A stretch of 61,272 nucleotides of DNA, the filler included. It is 7 parts of 7 records of this genome, joined end to end, with 100 filler letters (N's around TTAATTAATTAA, not from the genome) between each part and the next. Parts side by side here need not be neighbours in the genome. Positions count along the whole stretch, not along the records: positions 15,582 to 28,737 come from SRR2962707_3700; positions 28,838 to 39,190 come from SRR2962707_3709; 5 more parts are not named here. One strand, 5' to 3'. The notes beneath the pieces are model-generated. The model was not told the origin of the DNA, searched no databases, and was given only the letters and a program-made list of their open reading frames with translations. This document shows, piece by piece, positions 22,997-32,917 of this stretch. A program made the translations under genes and the position numbers. Positions within the stretch are counted from its first letter, which is position 1. Each line of letters begins with the position of its first letter.

Positions 22997-23946
22997 TGTT
23001 GCTACAGGCGTTGGGAAAGATTGCGCAGACGCTCGTCGTCCTGTTCGTCGTCTCGGTTGCCAGCTTCGGACTTTTGAAGCTGGCACCAGGCGATCCGATT
23101 CAAATCATGCTGGGGTCGGAATATTCGCAGGAAAGTTACGTTTCCCTAAAGGCAGAGCTGGGGCTGGATCAGCCCTTTCTCGTCCAATACGGGGATTGGG
23201 CGATGCGGTTCGTGCAAGGCGATTGGGGCACCTCTTATGTGGCCCGCGCCGAGATCTTTACCTATGCCTTTAAGGAGGCGTTGCCTGTCACCTTGACCCT
23301 CGCCTCCTTTTCCCTCGCCTTTGCGATCTTGATCGGCGTGCCCTTGGGCGTGCTGTCAGCGGTCAAGAAGGATACCGTGTTCGATGCGGGGTCGGCGGTG
23401 CTGGCCCTCACGGGCACAGCTTTTCCGTCATTCCTGCTGGGTATCCTGCTGATCTGGTTCTTTGCGGTAAAGCTCCAGCTTTTTCCGGTTATGGGCTATG
23501 TCTCTCCATGGGAGGATTTTTGGCTGGGTCTGTATCACATGATCCTGCCGGGTCTGACGCTTTCGACCTATTTCATTGCCATGATCACCCGCCTGACCCG
23601 CGCCACACTGATCGAAGTGATGGAACAACCCTATATTGCAGCCGCGCGTGCGCGCGGCGAACCCGGCTGGCGGGTGGTCTGGGTCCACGGCGTGCGCAAT
23701 ATCGCGATGCCGCTTGTCACCATTCTTGGTCTGCAACTGGGTGTGCTGTTGCAAGGCACCGTGCTGACGGAAACGGTGTTCAACCTGCCTGGTGTCGGAC
23801 AAATGCTAACCTCGGCTGTACTGGGGCGCGAATATCTGGTGGTGCAGGCGGGGGTGATGATGACGGCCACGTTGTTCATCGTCGTGAACCTGCTTGTCGA
23901 TCTGTCGTACCCCTTCCTTGATCCCCGGCTAAGGTCCAGTAAATGA
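22996..23946 (+). CDS. peptide ABC transporter permease (DppB-like)
   Basis: APGDP, LGLDQP, YI.AARARG, ETVFNLPGVG. Confidence 0.95.
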   Translation: MLLQALGKIAQTLVVLFVVSVASFGLLKLAPGDPIQIMLGSEYSQESYVSLKAELGLDQPFLVQYGDWAMRFVQGDWGTSYVARAEIFTYAFKEALPVTLTLASFSLAFAILIGVPLGVLSAVKKDTVFDAGSAVLALTGTAFPSFLLGILLIWFFAVKLQLFPVMGYVSPWEDFWLGLYHMILPGLTLSTYFIAMITRLTRATLIEVMEQPYIAAARARGEPGWRVVWVHGVRNIAMPLVTILGLQLGVLLQGTVLTETVFNLPGVGQMLTSAVLGREYLVVQAGVMMTATLFIVVNLLVDLSYPFLDPRLRSSK

Positions 23947-24842
23947 GCATCCAGACCCCCGAAGCCCCCACGATCCTGCCGCCCAAGGCCCCGCCTGGCA
24001 AGACAGGCAGATCACGGCGATCGATGTTTTTGCGGCGTCCGTTTTTCACGATCGCGCTGTTTGTGGCCGTTGCCTATGTGCTGGCGGCCATATTCGCGCC
24101 GCATGTGGCCCCTTACGACCCGGTTTTGCAGGACTTCAACGCGATGATGCAGCCGCCCACGGGTGCGCATCCGCTGGGCACTGATAGCTATGGGCAGGAT
24201 ATCCTGTCACGAGTGATCTACGGTGCCCGCTTTGCCCTGATCATCGGGCTGTTTTCCGTTCTGATCGGGGCGACCGGCGGGCTGGTCATCGGGCTGGCCG
24301 CAGGTCTTTCGGGCGGATGGATGGAATGGGGCCTGATGCGCCTGATTGACGCGATCCTTGCATTGCCGTCGCTGATCCTGGCCGTGGCCTTCATCGCGAT
24401 TCTAGGGCAGGGGGTCGACAAGGTGGTGATTGCCGTGGGGCTGTCGATGATCGGCCCGTTTTCCCGCACTGTGCGCGCCGATGTCATGCAGGTCAGGGTG
24501 CAGCTTTTCGTTGAGGCGGCGCAACTGATGTCTATCCCCTATTTGCGGGTGGTCTGGCGTCACATTCTGCCCAATGTCATCTTTCCGTTGGCCGTGCAGG
24601 TGACGATCCGCGTATCCGAGGCGATTCTCGTCTCATCCTCATTGTCTTTCCTTGGCATCGGCGTGACGCCACCGACCCCTGACTGGGGGCTGATGATCGC
24701 CGAGGGCCGCGATTTCGTCAGTTTTGCGCCGTGGATGTCGGCCATGCCCGGATTTGCGCTGGCGTTGCTGCTGATCGCGCTGTCGATCGTCGGTGATGGT
24801 ATTCGCGAAGAGTTCGACCCCAAGCTGCGGCGGGACACATGA
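23943..24842 (+). CDS. peptide ABC transporter permease (DppC-like)
   Basis: HPLGTD.YGQDILSRVIYGAR, LSFLGIG..PPTPDWG. Confidence 0.95.
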   Translation: MSIQTPEAPTILPPKAPPGKTGRSRRSMFLRRPFFTIALFVAVAYVLAAIFAPHVAPYDPVLQDFNAMMQPPTGAHPLGTDSYGQDILSRVIYGARFALIIGLFSVLIGATGGLVIGLAAGLSGGWMEWGLMRLIDAILALPSLILAVAFIAILGQGVDKVVIAVGLSMIGPFSRTVRADVMQVRVQLFVEAAQLMSIPYLRVVWRHILPNVIFPLAVQVTIRVSEAILVSSSLSFLGIGVTPPTPDWGLMIAEGRDFVSFAPWMSAMPGFALALLLIALSIVGDGIREEFDPKLRRDT

Positions 24843-25813
24843 AAGATATGGCACCTACTTCCATCCTCGCGATTGAAAACCTGACGGTACATCGTGGCAC
24901 TGCCAAGATCCTCGACCGTGTCAACCTGTCCCTTGGCCAGGGCGAAACCCTGGCCCTGGTGGGGGAAAGCGGTGCGGGAAAATCGACCATCGCCATGGCG
25001 ATCATCCGGTTGCTTGACGGCGCGCGGGTCGAAGGCAAGGCCACTCTTGATGGCGTGGGCGACCTTCTGGCGCAATCGGAACGTCAGATGGTCAAGCTTC
25101 GCGGCCGCCGCATGTCGATGATCTTTCAGGATGCGGGGTCCGCGCTCAACCCATCCTATACCGTGGGCCGGCAACTGACCACGACCTTGCACCGTACGCT
25201 GGGGTTGTCAAAATCTGATGCCCGGAAAAAGGCGGTCGAGTTGTTTACCTCGGTCGGGATCAACGACCCCGAAGGGCGCATGTCGGCCTTTCCCCACCAG
25301 CTTTCTGGCGGGATGCAGCAGCGCGTGATGGTCGCCATCGCGCTGGCAGGCGATCCCGAATTGCTGCTCGCGGATGAACCGACCTCGGCACTGGACGTGA
25401 CCATCCAGGCCCAGATCGTGCGGCTGATCCTGTCCCAGACCCGCGCGCGTGGGGCCAGTTGCATCTTTGTGCTGCACGACCTTGCGCTGGCCAGTCAGGC
25501 CTGCGACCGGATCGTGGTGCTCTACGCCGGTCAGGTCGTCGAAAGCGGCCCGTCGCGCGACGTGCTGGAACGCCACCGTCACCCCTATACCCAGCAGTTG
25601 AAATCCTGCGTGCTGGAAATCGGTACCAAGGATCTTACCGTCCCCGAAGGCACTGTGCCCTCGCATGATCAGATGCCGGTGGGTTGCCGTTTCGCCACGC
25701 GCTGCCCCCGCGCCTTGGTCCATTGCGCGGACCAGGCACCGCCGCTTGTGCCCGCCCGCGCCGGGGCTACGGGTCCCCTTGATCACCACATCGCTTGTTG
25801 GAACCCAGAATGA
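24839..25813 (+). CDS. peptide ABC transporter ATP-binding protein (DppD-like)
   Basis: GESGAGKS, LSGGMQQR, C-terminal GCRFATRC...C...C. Confidence 0.95.
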   Translation: MKDMAPTSILAIENLTVHRGTAKILDRVNLSLGQGETLALVGESGAGKSTIAMAIIRLLDGARVEGKATLDGVGDLLAQSERQMVKLRGRRMSMIFQDAGSALNPSYTVGRQLTTTLHRTLGLSKSDARKKAVELFTSVGINDPEGRMSAFPHQLSGGMQQRVMVAIALAGDPELLLADEPTSALDVTIQAQIVRLILSQTRARGASCIFVLHDLALASQACDRIVVLYAGQVVESGPSRDVLERHRHPYTQQLKSCVLEIGTKDLTVPEGTVPSHDQMPVGCRFATRCPRALVHCADQAPPLVPARAGATGPLDHHIACWNPE

Positions 25814-26820
25814 CCATGGCGCAATTTGAAACGGCCCCCGACGCCTCTATCCTGCCGGTGTTTGAACTGATCGATGTCGAACAGGTGTTCGAGGTCTCGA
25901 AACCCGGACGCCGCCTTTTCAGCCGCGACACCGTGGGCCTGCGCGCACTTGACGGTGTGCGGCTTGGCATCCGTCAGGGTGCGTCGCTTGCCATCGTTGG
26001 GGAAAGCGGGTCGGGAAAGTCCACTCTGCTGCGCGTGCTTCTGGGCCTTGATAGCCCCAGCGGTGGTCGCGCGCTCTACCGTGGCCTGCCGATCCGTGAG
26101 GCCCGCGCCCGCGGCACCACTTTTGCCCGCGACGTAGCGATGGTATATCAGGATGCGCGCGGCTCGCTTGATCCTCGCATGACCATCGGCGCGCTTATTG
26201 CGGAGCCGTTGCGCCACTTCTCCATCGTCCCCCCCGCCCAAGAGGCCGCCCGCGTCGCGCAACTTCTGGACCGGGTGGGCCTGCCTGCGGATGCGGCGAA
26301 CCGTTATCCCTCGGGCCTATCGGGCGGGCAGGTGCGGCGCGTGGCAATCGCCCGCGCCCTGGCTTCGGAACCTTCGGTTCTGGTGGCGGACGAGGCTGTT
26401 TCCGGTCTTGACGTGTCAACGCAGGCACAGCTTTTGACGCTTTTGCAGTCTTTGCAGCGCGACATGGGGTTGACGCTGGTTTTCATCACGCATGATCTGG
26501 GGGTGGCGAGCTATCTTTGCGAAGAGATCGCCATCATGTATCTGGGTCGCATTGTCGAAACTGGACCCACCGACGCAGTGCTGGACACACCTGCGCATCC
26601 CTATTCGGCAGCTTTGCGCGCCGCCGCCCCGCAGTTCTTTGAACCGATCCCCGAACCGCTGGCGGGGGAAATCCCAAGCCCTCTTGATCTGCCAAAGGGG
26701 TGCCGGTTTTCAACCCGTTGCCCGATGGCAAAGGACGATTGCAGGCTGCGCGATCCCCATCTTGGCAGGCGGGGAACCGGCCGGGCCGTCGCCTGCCTGC
26801 ATCCGCTGACAACCCCTTAA
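25810..26820 (+). CDS. peptide ABC transporter ATP-binding protein (DppF-like)
   Basis: GESGSGKST, LSGGQ, GCRFSTRC; ATGA overlap. Confidence 0.95.
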   Translation: MTMAQFETAPDASILPVFELIDVEQVFEVSKPGRRLFSRDTVGLRALDGVRLGIRQGASLAIVGESGSGKSTLLRVLLGLDSPSGGRALYRGLPIREARARGTTFARDVAMVYQDARGSLDPRMTIGALIAEPLRHFSIVPPAQEAARVAQLLDRVGLPADAANRYPSGLSGGQVRRVAIARALASEPSVLVADEAVSGLDVSTQAQLLTLLQSLQRDMGLTLVFITHDLGVASYLCEEIAIMYLGRIVETGPTDAVLDTPAHPYSAALRAAAPQFFEPIPEPLAGEIPSPLDLPKGCRFSTRCPMAKDDCRLRDPHLGRRGTGRAVACLHPLTTP

Positions 26821-26896
26821 ATCTTCCTTCCCGCAATGCGCCATCGTGTTGCCCTCCCTTCACGGGCCTCAAGCCGCGACCTACAGGACGACTGAC

Positions 26897-28486
26897 ATGT
26901 TTGATTTCTTCTCCGCCCGACGCCCCAGCACTCTGGCGTCACAGGCGATGATTGCCACCTCCCATCCGCTGTCCACTGCGGCTGGTCTTGAAATCCTCTC
27001 CCAAGGGGGAAAGGCTGTTGATGCGGCCCTTGCCGCCGTTGCCGTGCAATGCGTGGTCGACCCGCTGATGACCGGTATCGGCGGCGATTGCTTTGCGCTG
27101 TACGCGCCCCGTGGCGGCGGCGTGAAGGCGCTGAATGGCTCGGGCCGTGCGCCTGCCGCCGCAACCGTGGAAGCGTTGAAGTCGGCTGGCCTCACCAACG
27201 AAATCCCCCAGACCAGCCCCCATTCCGTCACCATTCCGGGTGCAATTTCTGCATGGTGCCGCCTGCACGCGGATCATGGGTCCCTCCCGCTTGACCGGCT
27301 GTTCGCGCGGGCCATCCACTATGCCACGAACGGCTATCCCGTGACTCCGCGCGTCGCGATGGACTGGGGTAAAAACGCGGCCCTGGTGGGCGGTGATGAA
27401 CACGCGGCCAAGCTGTTCTTGCCCGGCGGCAAGGCACCCTCTGTTGGTCAGATGCATGCCCAGCCGCTTTTGGGCGAACGCCTTCGCGAGATCGCCGCCA
27501 AGGGCGCTGCCGGATTCTATGAGGGCGCGGTCGCAGCAAAGATGACAGCGCACCTGCGTTCCCTTGGTGGCCTGCACACCGAAGAGGACTTTCACGAAGG
27601 CTGCGATCAGGCCCATTGGGTTGATCCAATCTCGACCCAATACGCCGATCATGACGTTTTCGAATGTCCGCCGAACGGGCAGGGGCTGGCGGCCCTATTG
27701 ATCCTGCGGATCCTTTCGCGGTTTGACATGGGCGCCGGCCTATCTGAGGCTGACCGCATTCACCTGCACGCAGAGGCGACGAAACTCGGATATCATCACC
27801 GCGACGCGCTGATCGCCGATCCGGCATCCGGTCCCGACGTGACCGAGACGCTGCTATCGGACAAGGTCGTCGACACGCTGGCAGGGCGGATCGATATGGG
27901 CCGGGCCCTGCCGCCAACGCTTTGGGATGAGCCCGAACATAAGGACACGATCTATCTTTGTGTGGTCGACGCTGACGGCAATGCGCTGTCGTTTATCAAC
28001 TCGATCTTCCACGGTTTCGGCTCGACGCGGTTGGATCCGGAAACCGGCGTGCTGTTTCATTCGCGCGGGGCCTCGTTCCGGCTGATCGAAGGGCATCCCA
28101 ACGCCATCGCCCCTCGCAAACGTCCCATGCACACGATCATCCCTGGGATGCTGTGCAAGGATGGTGCCGCCGTCATGCCCTTTGGGGTTATGGGCGGCCA
28201 TTACCAGGCAGCCGGCCATGCGGCGTTCCTGTCTGGCGTACTGGATCTTGGCATGGACCTTCAGCAGGCAATGGATGCGCCACGCAGCTTTGCCCAGGAT
28301 GGCGTGCTGCAGATCGAACCCGGAACCTCGGATACCGCCCGCGCCGACCTTGCGGCACGCGGCCATACCCTCGCCCTTCAGTCCAGCCCGATCGGAGGCA
28401 GTCAAGCAATCCATATTTGCGCCGAAACGGGGCTCTTGACCGGCGCCAGCGATTCCCGAAAGGATGGCATGGCCCTAGGGTTCTGA
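26897..28486 (+). CDS. gamma-glutamyltransferase family Ntn-hydrolase (cytoplasmic, YwrD/HpxW-like)
   Basis: TGIGGD, LNGSG, PPNGQG, nucleophile Thr in KDTIYL, RPMHTIIP, FGVMGG, GASDSRKDG. No signal peptide. Confidence 0.9.
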   Translation: MFDFFSARRPSTLASQAMIATSHPLSTAAGLEILSQGGKAVDAALAAVAVQCVVDPLMTGIGGDCFALYAPRGGGVKALNGSGRAPAAATVEALKSAGLTNEIPQTSPHSVTIPGAISAWCRLHADHGSLPLDRLFARAIHYATNGYPVTPRVAMDWGKNAALVGGDEHAAKLFLPGGKAPSVGQMHAQPLLGERLREIAAKGAAGFYEGAVAAKMTAHLRSLGGLHTEEDFHEGCDQAHWVDPISTQYADHDVFECPPNGQGLAALLILRILSRFDMGAGLSEADRIHLHAEATKLGYHHRDALIADPASGPDVTETLLSDKVVDTLAGRIDMGRALPPTLWDEPEHKDTIYLCVVDADGNALSFINSIFHGFGSTRLDPETGVLFHSRGASFRLIEGHPNAIAPRKRPMHTIIPGMLCKDGAAVMPFGVMGGHYQAAGHAAFLSGVLDLGMDLQQAMDAPRSFAQDGVLQIEPGTSDTARADLAARGHTLALQSSPIGGSQAIHICAETGLLTGASDSRKDGMALGF

Positions 28487-28737
28487 CCCCATAAGGTCGC
28501 CATAACCGTGATAGTTTGGTTATGAGCCCTGCGCTTGGCTACGGCACGTCGCCATCGGATATACAAAGAGCATAGGCACGGCCGGTCAGAACTGCGCGCT
28601 ACGACGTCGCTGACCGCCCATGTTTACGGCGCGGCTGAACCCGTATGAAGCCCGGCGACGGCATTTCCTGTTATTGCGAACAAGCCTATCGCGATCAGAG
28701 TCGTGATTTGGACCTGTCACGGTTTCGTGCCGCCCCA

Positions 28738-28837
28738 NNNNNNNNNNNNNNNNNNNNNNNNNNNNNNNNNNNNNNNNNNNNTTAATTAATTAANNNNNNN
28801 NNNNNNNNNNNNNNNNNNNNNNNNNNNNNNNNNNNNN
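28738..28837. other. artificial contig linker
   Basis: N44-TTAATTAATTAA-N44. Confidence 0.99.
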
Positions 28838-30083
28838 TGGTCGCGGTACCGATATTCAGCTTGGCGGCAACCTTGAAATGCGTCTGGCCCAGGACATCGA
28901 TGCTGAACCCGGCACCGAAAAGTATGAAGCGGCAGCCGCAAAGATCAGAGAAGAAATCAACAACGACCGTGACATCGTCAAGAATGCAGGCGGCTTGTTC
29001 GTTCTTGGGACCGAGCGTCACGAGAGCCGCCGCATCGACAACCAGCTTCGCGGTCGCTCAGGGCGCCAGGGTGACCCCGGCACGTCGAAATTCTATCTTT
29101 CCCTGCAAGATGACCTGATGCGTATCTTCGGTTCCGAGCGCATCGACAGCATGCTGCAAAAGCTTGGCCTCCAGGACGGCGAGGCGATTGTGCATCCGTG
29201 GGTTAACAAAGCCCTGGAAAAGGCCCAGTCCAAGGTTGAAGCGCGGAACTTTGAAATCCGGAAAAACCTGCTCAAGTTCGATGATGTCATGAACGACCAG
29301 CGTAAGGTGATCTATGAGCAGCGCCGCGAACTTATGGCTGCAGATCAGGTGGCGGATGACATTGTCGACATGCGTCATCAGGTCGTGGCGGATATGGTTT
29401 CAGCTTCGATACCCGAAAAGGCATATGCAGATCAGTGGGATATTGATCTTCTCCATGAAGAAATACTGCGTGTCTTCGGCGTAGAACTGCCGGTCAAAGA
29501 GTGGGCGAGTGAAGAAGGCATCGCCGATCAGGAAATCCGCGAGCGCCTGACGGATATCACCGACCGCATGATGGCTGAAAAAGCTGCCAATATCGGTCCC
29601 GATGTCATGCGCATGGTTGAGAAGAGCCTTTTGTTGCAGCTTCTGGATCAGAGCTGGAAAGAGCACCTGCTGACCCTGGACCATCTGCGTCAAGGAATTG
29701 GGCTCAGAGCCTACGCACAGCGCGATCCCCTCAATGAATACAAGCGCGAAGCTTTCGATCTGTTCGAGGAAATGCTGGAAGGCCTGCGCGACCGTGTGAC
29801 AACGGTGCTGGCTCAGGTGCAGTTCCAGACCACGCCGGATGAAGATGCATTTCAGCGCCCGGAACAGGAAATGCATGAAACCCGGGCGGACCCTGCATTG
29901 CAGGCAGATGCCGGTGATGATGCCGAAGTTGATGGTGGGCAGGACAGACCGGTCAACTCGCGCCAGTCATCCGCGGACATCGATCCGGCAGATCCTTCAA
30001 CATGGGGGCGTGTCCCAAGAAACGCCCCGTGCCCCTGCGGTTCAGGTAAAAAATACAAGCACTGTCACGGCAAGGTAAGCTGA
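28838..30083 (+). CDS. secA: preprotein translocase subunit SecA (5' truncated)
   Basis: [35 protein letters not shown] motif [13 protein letters not shown]. Confidence 0.99.
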
Positions 30084-30107
30084 GCGTACCTTTTTCCGTC
30101 TTCGAGC

Positions 30108-30220
30108 CATGCTTCGAGACGGATGCTGCGCATCCTCCTCAGCATGAGGATGTATGGTGTCATTGGTAATTTCATGTGAAACCTCATCCTGAGGAGGCCG
30201 TATGGCCGTCTCGAAGGATG
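30108..30220. repeat. inverted pair of REP-like palindromic elements
   Basis: Reverse complement of 30108-30149 is CCTCATGCTGAGGAGGATGCGCAGCATCCGTCTCGAAGCATG; 30182-30220 is CCTCATCCTGAGGAGGCCGTATGGCCGTCTCGAAGGATG. Confidence 0.8.
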
Positions 30221-30228
30221 GGCGTCTC

Positions 30229-31182
30229 TTAGAGCCCTTTAGACCCCATATCGATGAATTTCTGCCGCCGCCGGGTGCGTAGTTCAGTCCCCGGTATTTT
30301 GGATAATTCATCCAGATGCTTTTCGATGGCGTCTGCTGTCCGGGTCATCATGGCCGTCGGGTCACGGTGAGCCCCCCCGAGAGGTTCCGACACCACCTGA
30401 TCGATCACACCCAGTTTCAAAAGATCCTGAGACGTCAGGCGAAGCGCTTCAGCTGCGTCGGCAGCCTTATCGGAGTCCCGCCACAGGATCGAAGCACAGC
30501 CTTCGGGCGAAATAACCGAATAAATGGCATGTTCCAGCATCAGCACCTTGTCTGCCACTGCCAGGGCAATGGCACCGCCTGAGCCGCCTTCGCCGATAAT
30601 CACACTCACAAACGGTGACCGTACGGAAATGCAGGTTTCTATGGAGCGTGCAATGGCTTCAGCCTGACCACGGGCCTCGGCATCAACGCCCGGATAAGCG
30701 CCCGGAGTATCAACTAGCGTTATCAATGGCAGATGAAACCGATCCGCAAGCTGCATAAGCCGCTGAGCCTTGCGATATCCTTCGGGGCGGGCCATGCCGA
30801 AATTATGACGTATACGGGATTCAGTGCTATCACCTTTCTCGTTTCCGAGAATGACGACGGAACGCCCCCGGAAACGGCCCAGACCGCCAACGATCGCATT
30901 GTCTTCGGCAAACGCGCGGTCACCGGCGAGGGGGGTGAAATCGTCGACCAGGGCATCGATGTAGGCCTGTGCATGGGGCCGGCTCTGGTGCCGTGCAACC
31001 TGGGCTTTCTGCCAGGGAGAAAGCTTGTTGTACGTCTGTGTCAGCAGTCGTTGGACTTTTTCCTGCAGCCGGCCGACTTCGTCGGCAATATTGACCTCTC
31101 CCTCACTCGACAGGTGACGGAGTTCCTCGATCTTGCTTTCAAGATCGGCAATTGGTTTTTCAAAATCAAGATAAGCCTGCAT
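30229..31182 (-). CDS. accA: acetyl-CoA carboxylase carboxyltransferase alpha subunit
   Basis: YLDFEKPI, NFGM.RPEGYRKA, GEGGSGGA, YSVISPEGCASILW. Confidence 0.99.
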   Translation of the reverse strand: MQAYLDFEKPIADLESKIEELRHLSSEGEVNIADEVGRLQEKVQRLLTQTYNKLSPWQKAQVARHQSRPHAQAYIDALVDDFTPLAGDRAFAEDNAIVGGLGRFRGRSVVILGNEKGDSTESRIRHNFGMARPEGYRKAQRLMQLADRFHLPLITLVDTPGAYPGVDAEARGQAEAIARSIETCISVRSPFVSVIIGEGGSGGAIALAVADKVLMLEHAIYSVISPEGCASILWRDSDKAADAAEALRLTSQDLLKLGVIDQVVSEPLGGAHRDPTAMMTRTADAIEKHLDELSKIPGTELRTRRRQKFIDMGSKGL

Positions 31183-31256
31183 GTCAGCGTCAATACCATT
31201 TACAAGGGCACTTGGCGAGACATCCAGAGGAAATTCTCGCCAAAAACATCAGGATA

Positions 31257-32234
31257 TCACTTCCCGGCCAGTTTTTCTGCCATATCGACCAGGACACGGG
31301 CCTGTTTGATCGATGCGTAATCGATCAGTTTGCCATCAAGGGCGACAGCGCCTCGTCCGGCTTTTTCAGCCTCAGCCATGGCATCCAGGATGCGTTTGGC
31401 CTGTATGACGTCTTCTTCAGACGGGCTGAAAACGGTGTTCGCAAGTTCGATCTGTGACGGGTGTATGGCCCACTTCCCCTCACAGCCAAGAACGGCGGCG
31501 CGTTTGGCTTGTGCAATAAAGCCGTCCGGGTCCTTGAAATCCCCGAAAGGACCGTCGATCGGGCGCAGACCGTTGGCGCGGGCCGCGATCACCATCTGTG
31601 TGATCGGATAATGCCACATATCGCCCCAGTAGGTCTCGCGTTCACCGTTTTCCAGAGGATCGGAAAGCACATAATAATCCTTGTTCGGACCGCCGATGTT
31701 GGTTGTCCGGGCTTTGGTCGAGGCGGCGTAATCCGCGACGCCGAAATGCAGCGATTCGTTCCGGGGTGATGCGGCAGCGATTTCATTCACATTCTGCATG
31801 CCGAGCGCGGTTTCAATAATCATTTCGAAACCGATGCGGTTCTTGAAGCCCTTTGCGGTCTCAATCTGTGTCACCAGCATGTCGATGGCATAAATATCCG
31901 CAGCCGTACCGGCTTTGGGGATCATGATCAGATCCAGCTTGTCGCCGGCACCTTCGACAACTTCGATGACGTCACGGTAGCAATAGTGGGTGTCGAGACC
32001 GTTGATCCGCACTGATACGGTCTTGCCGGACCAATCTAGGTCATTGAGAGCTTCGACGATATTTTTGCGGGCCTGCGCTTTGTCATCCGGGGCCACGGCA
32101 TCCTCAAGATCCAGAAAGACCATGTCGGCAGCACCTTCAGCTGCTTTCTGAAGAAATTTCGTGCTGGACCCTGGAACGGCAAGTTCGGACCGGTTAAGAC
32201 GCGCCGGCGCCTGATCGACTATTGTGAAGCTCAT
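31257..32234 (-). CDS. mcl: L-malyl-CoA/beta-methylmalyl-CoA lyase (HpcH/CitE family)
   Basis: RSELAVPGS, LDLEDAVAPDDK, GVADYAAS, RPIDGPFGDF, EGKWAIHPSQI closely resemble Methylorubrum MclA. Confidence 0.9.
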   Translation of the reverse strand: MSFTIVDQAPARLNRSELAVPGSSTKFLQKAAEGAADMVFLDLEDAVAPDDKAQARKNIVEALNDLDWSGKTVSVRINGLDTHYCYRDVIEVVEGAGDKLDLIMIPKAGTAADIYAIDMLVTQIETAKGFKNRIGFEMIIETALGMQNVNEIAAASPRNESLHFGVADYAASTKARTTNIGGPNKDYYVLSDPLENGERETYWGDMWHYPITQMVIAARANGLRPIDGPFGDFKDPDGFIAQAKRAAVLGCEGKWAIHPSQIELANTVFSPSEEDVIQAKRILDAMAEAEKAGRGAVALDGKLIDYASIKQARVLVDMAEKLAGK

Positions 32235-32315
32235 ATTCGCACCCTCATGGAAATGTTAGCAGGTGCAACATGCCGGGCAGGCGGCTGGCATGCAAGCTTT
32301 TGCAATCATTGATGA

Positions 32316-32347
32316 TAAAAATAGGCCGGTCCTTCTGGACCGGCCTA
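32316..32347 (-). terminator. rho-independent terminator
   Basis: TAGGCCGGTCC-TTCT-GGACCGGCCTA stem followed by a T-run on the minus strand. Confidence 0.75.
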
Positions 32348-32395
32348 GGGGAGTGTGTGGTGTCGTCTTATAGCCCCTCAAGAGAACCCGTTAAT

Positions 32396-32680
32396 TCAGG
32401 CAAATGATTGGTTGTTGGAACGCTGTATCGATGTATTGCTTTCGACAGGTTCGATTTCGCCCTCTAAAACCCGCTGGCTATTTAGTTTATCCAACATGTT
32501 TTTCTTGCGGTCGACTTTACGTTTGATCTCATCTTCGTAAATAAGTCTTTTGGCACGTCTGCGGCGTTTCAGTTCGGCGGTTTCGCGTATCGCAACATAT
32601 ATGCAGACACAGACACCAACCACGAACGCGCACCCAAGGGCTGATAGTTTGATGATATCGGGGTCCAATAAAAATTCCAT
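32396..32680 (-). CDS. small single-TM hypothetical protein
   Basis: One hydrophobic helix followed by a basic KRRRRAKR stretch; followed by a terminator. Confidence 0.5.
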   Translation of the reverse strand: MEFLLDPDIIKLSALGCAFVVGVCVCIYVAIRETAELKRRRRAKRLIYEDEIKRKVDRKKNMLDKLNSQRVLEGEIEPVESNTSIQRSNNQSFA

Positions 32681-32917
32681 GACGGTTCCAAGGCTCCTGA
32701 TTGTCACACTGTCACCGAAGCAACGGCGATTTCTGGTTGTGACTATCAGCCATTAACATTTCAGGGATTTTGCCGGCGGGAATCATTTGTTTTCAGTTTG
32801 TTTCAACATGTTAAAAATGGAGCCGGACGGAGCTGCTTGCCCCGGTCGATTGGGTGTGCTTAATCGCTGTAACAGCACCATTTCAGGTAACACAGACGCC
32901 ATTTGCAGGAGATCATG

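Noticed and set aside
17896-23086. Antisense ORFs of 396 aa (17896-19086) and 552 aa (21428-23086)
   Set aside because: They mirror well-supported substrate-binding protein genes on the opposite strand.
28487-28737. Non-coding tail after the GGT-family gene as a possible IS end or sRNA
   Set aside because: No terminal inverted repeat, transposase fragment or convincing structure.
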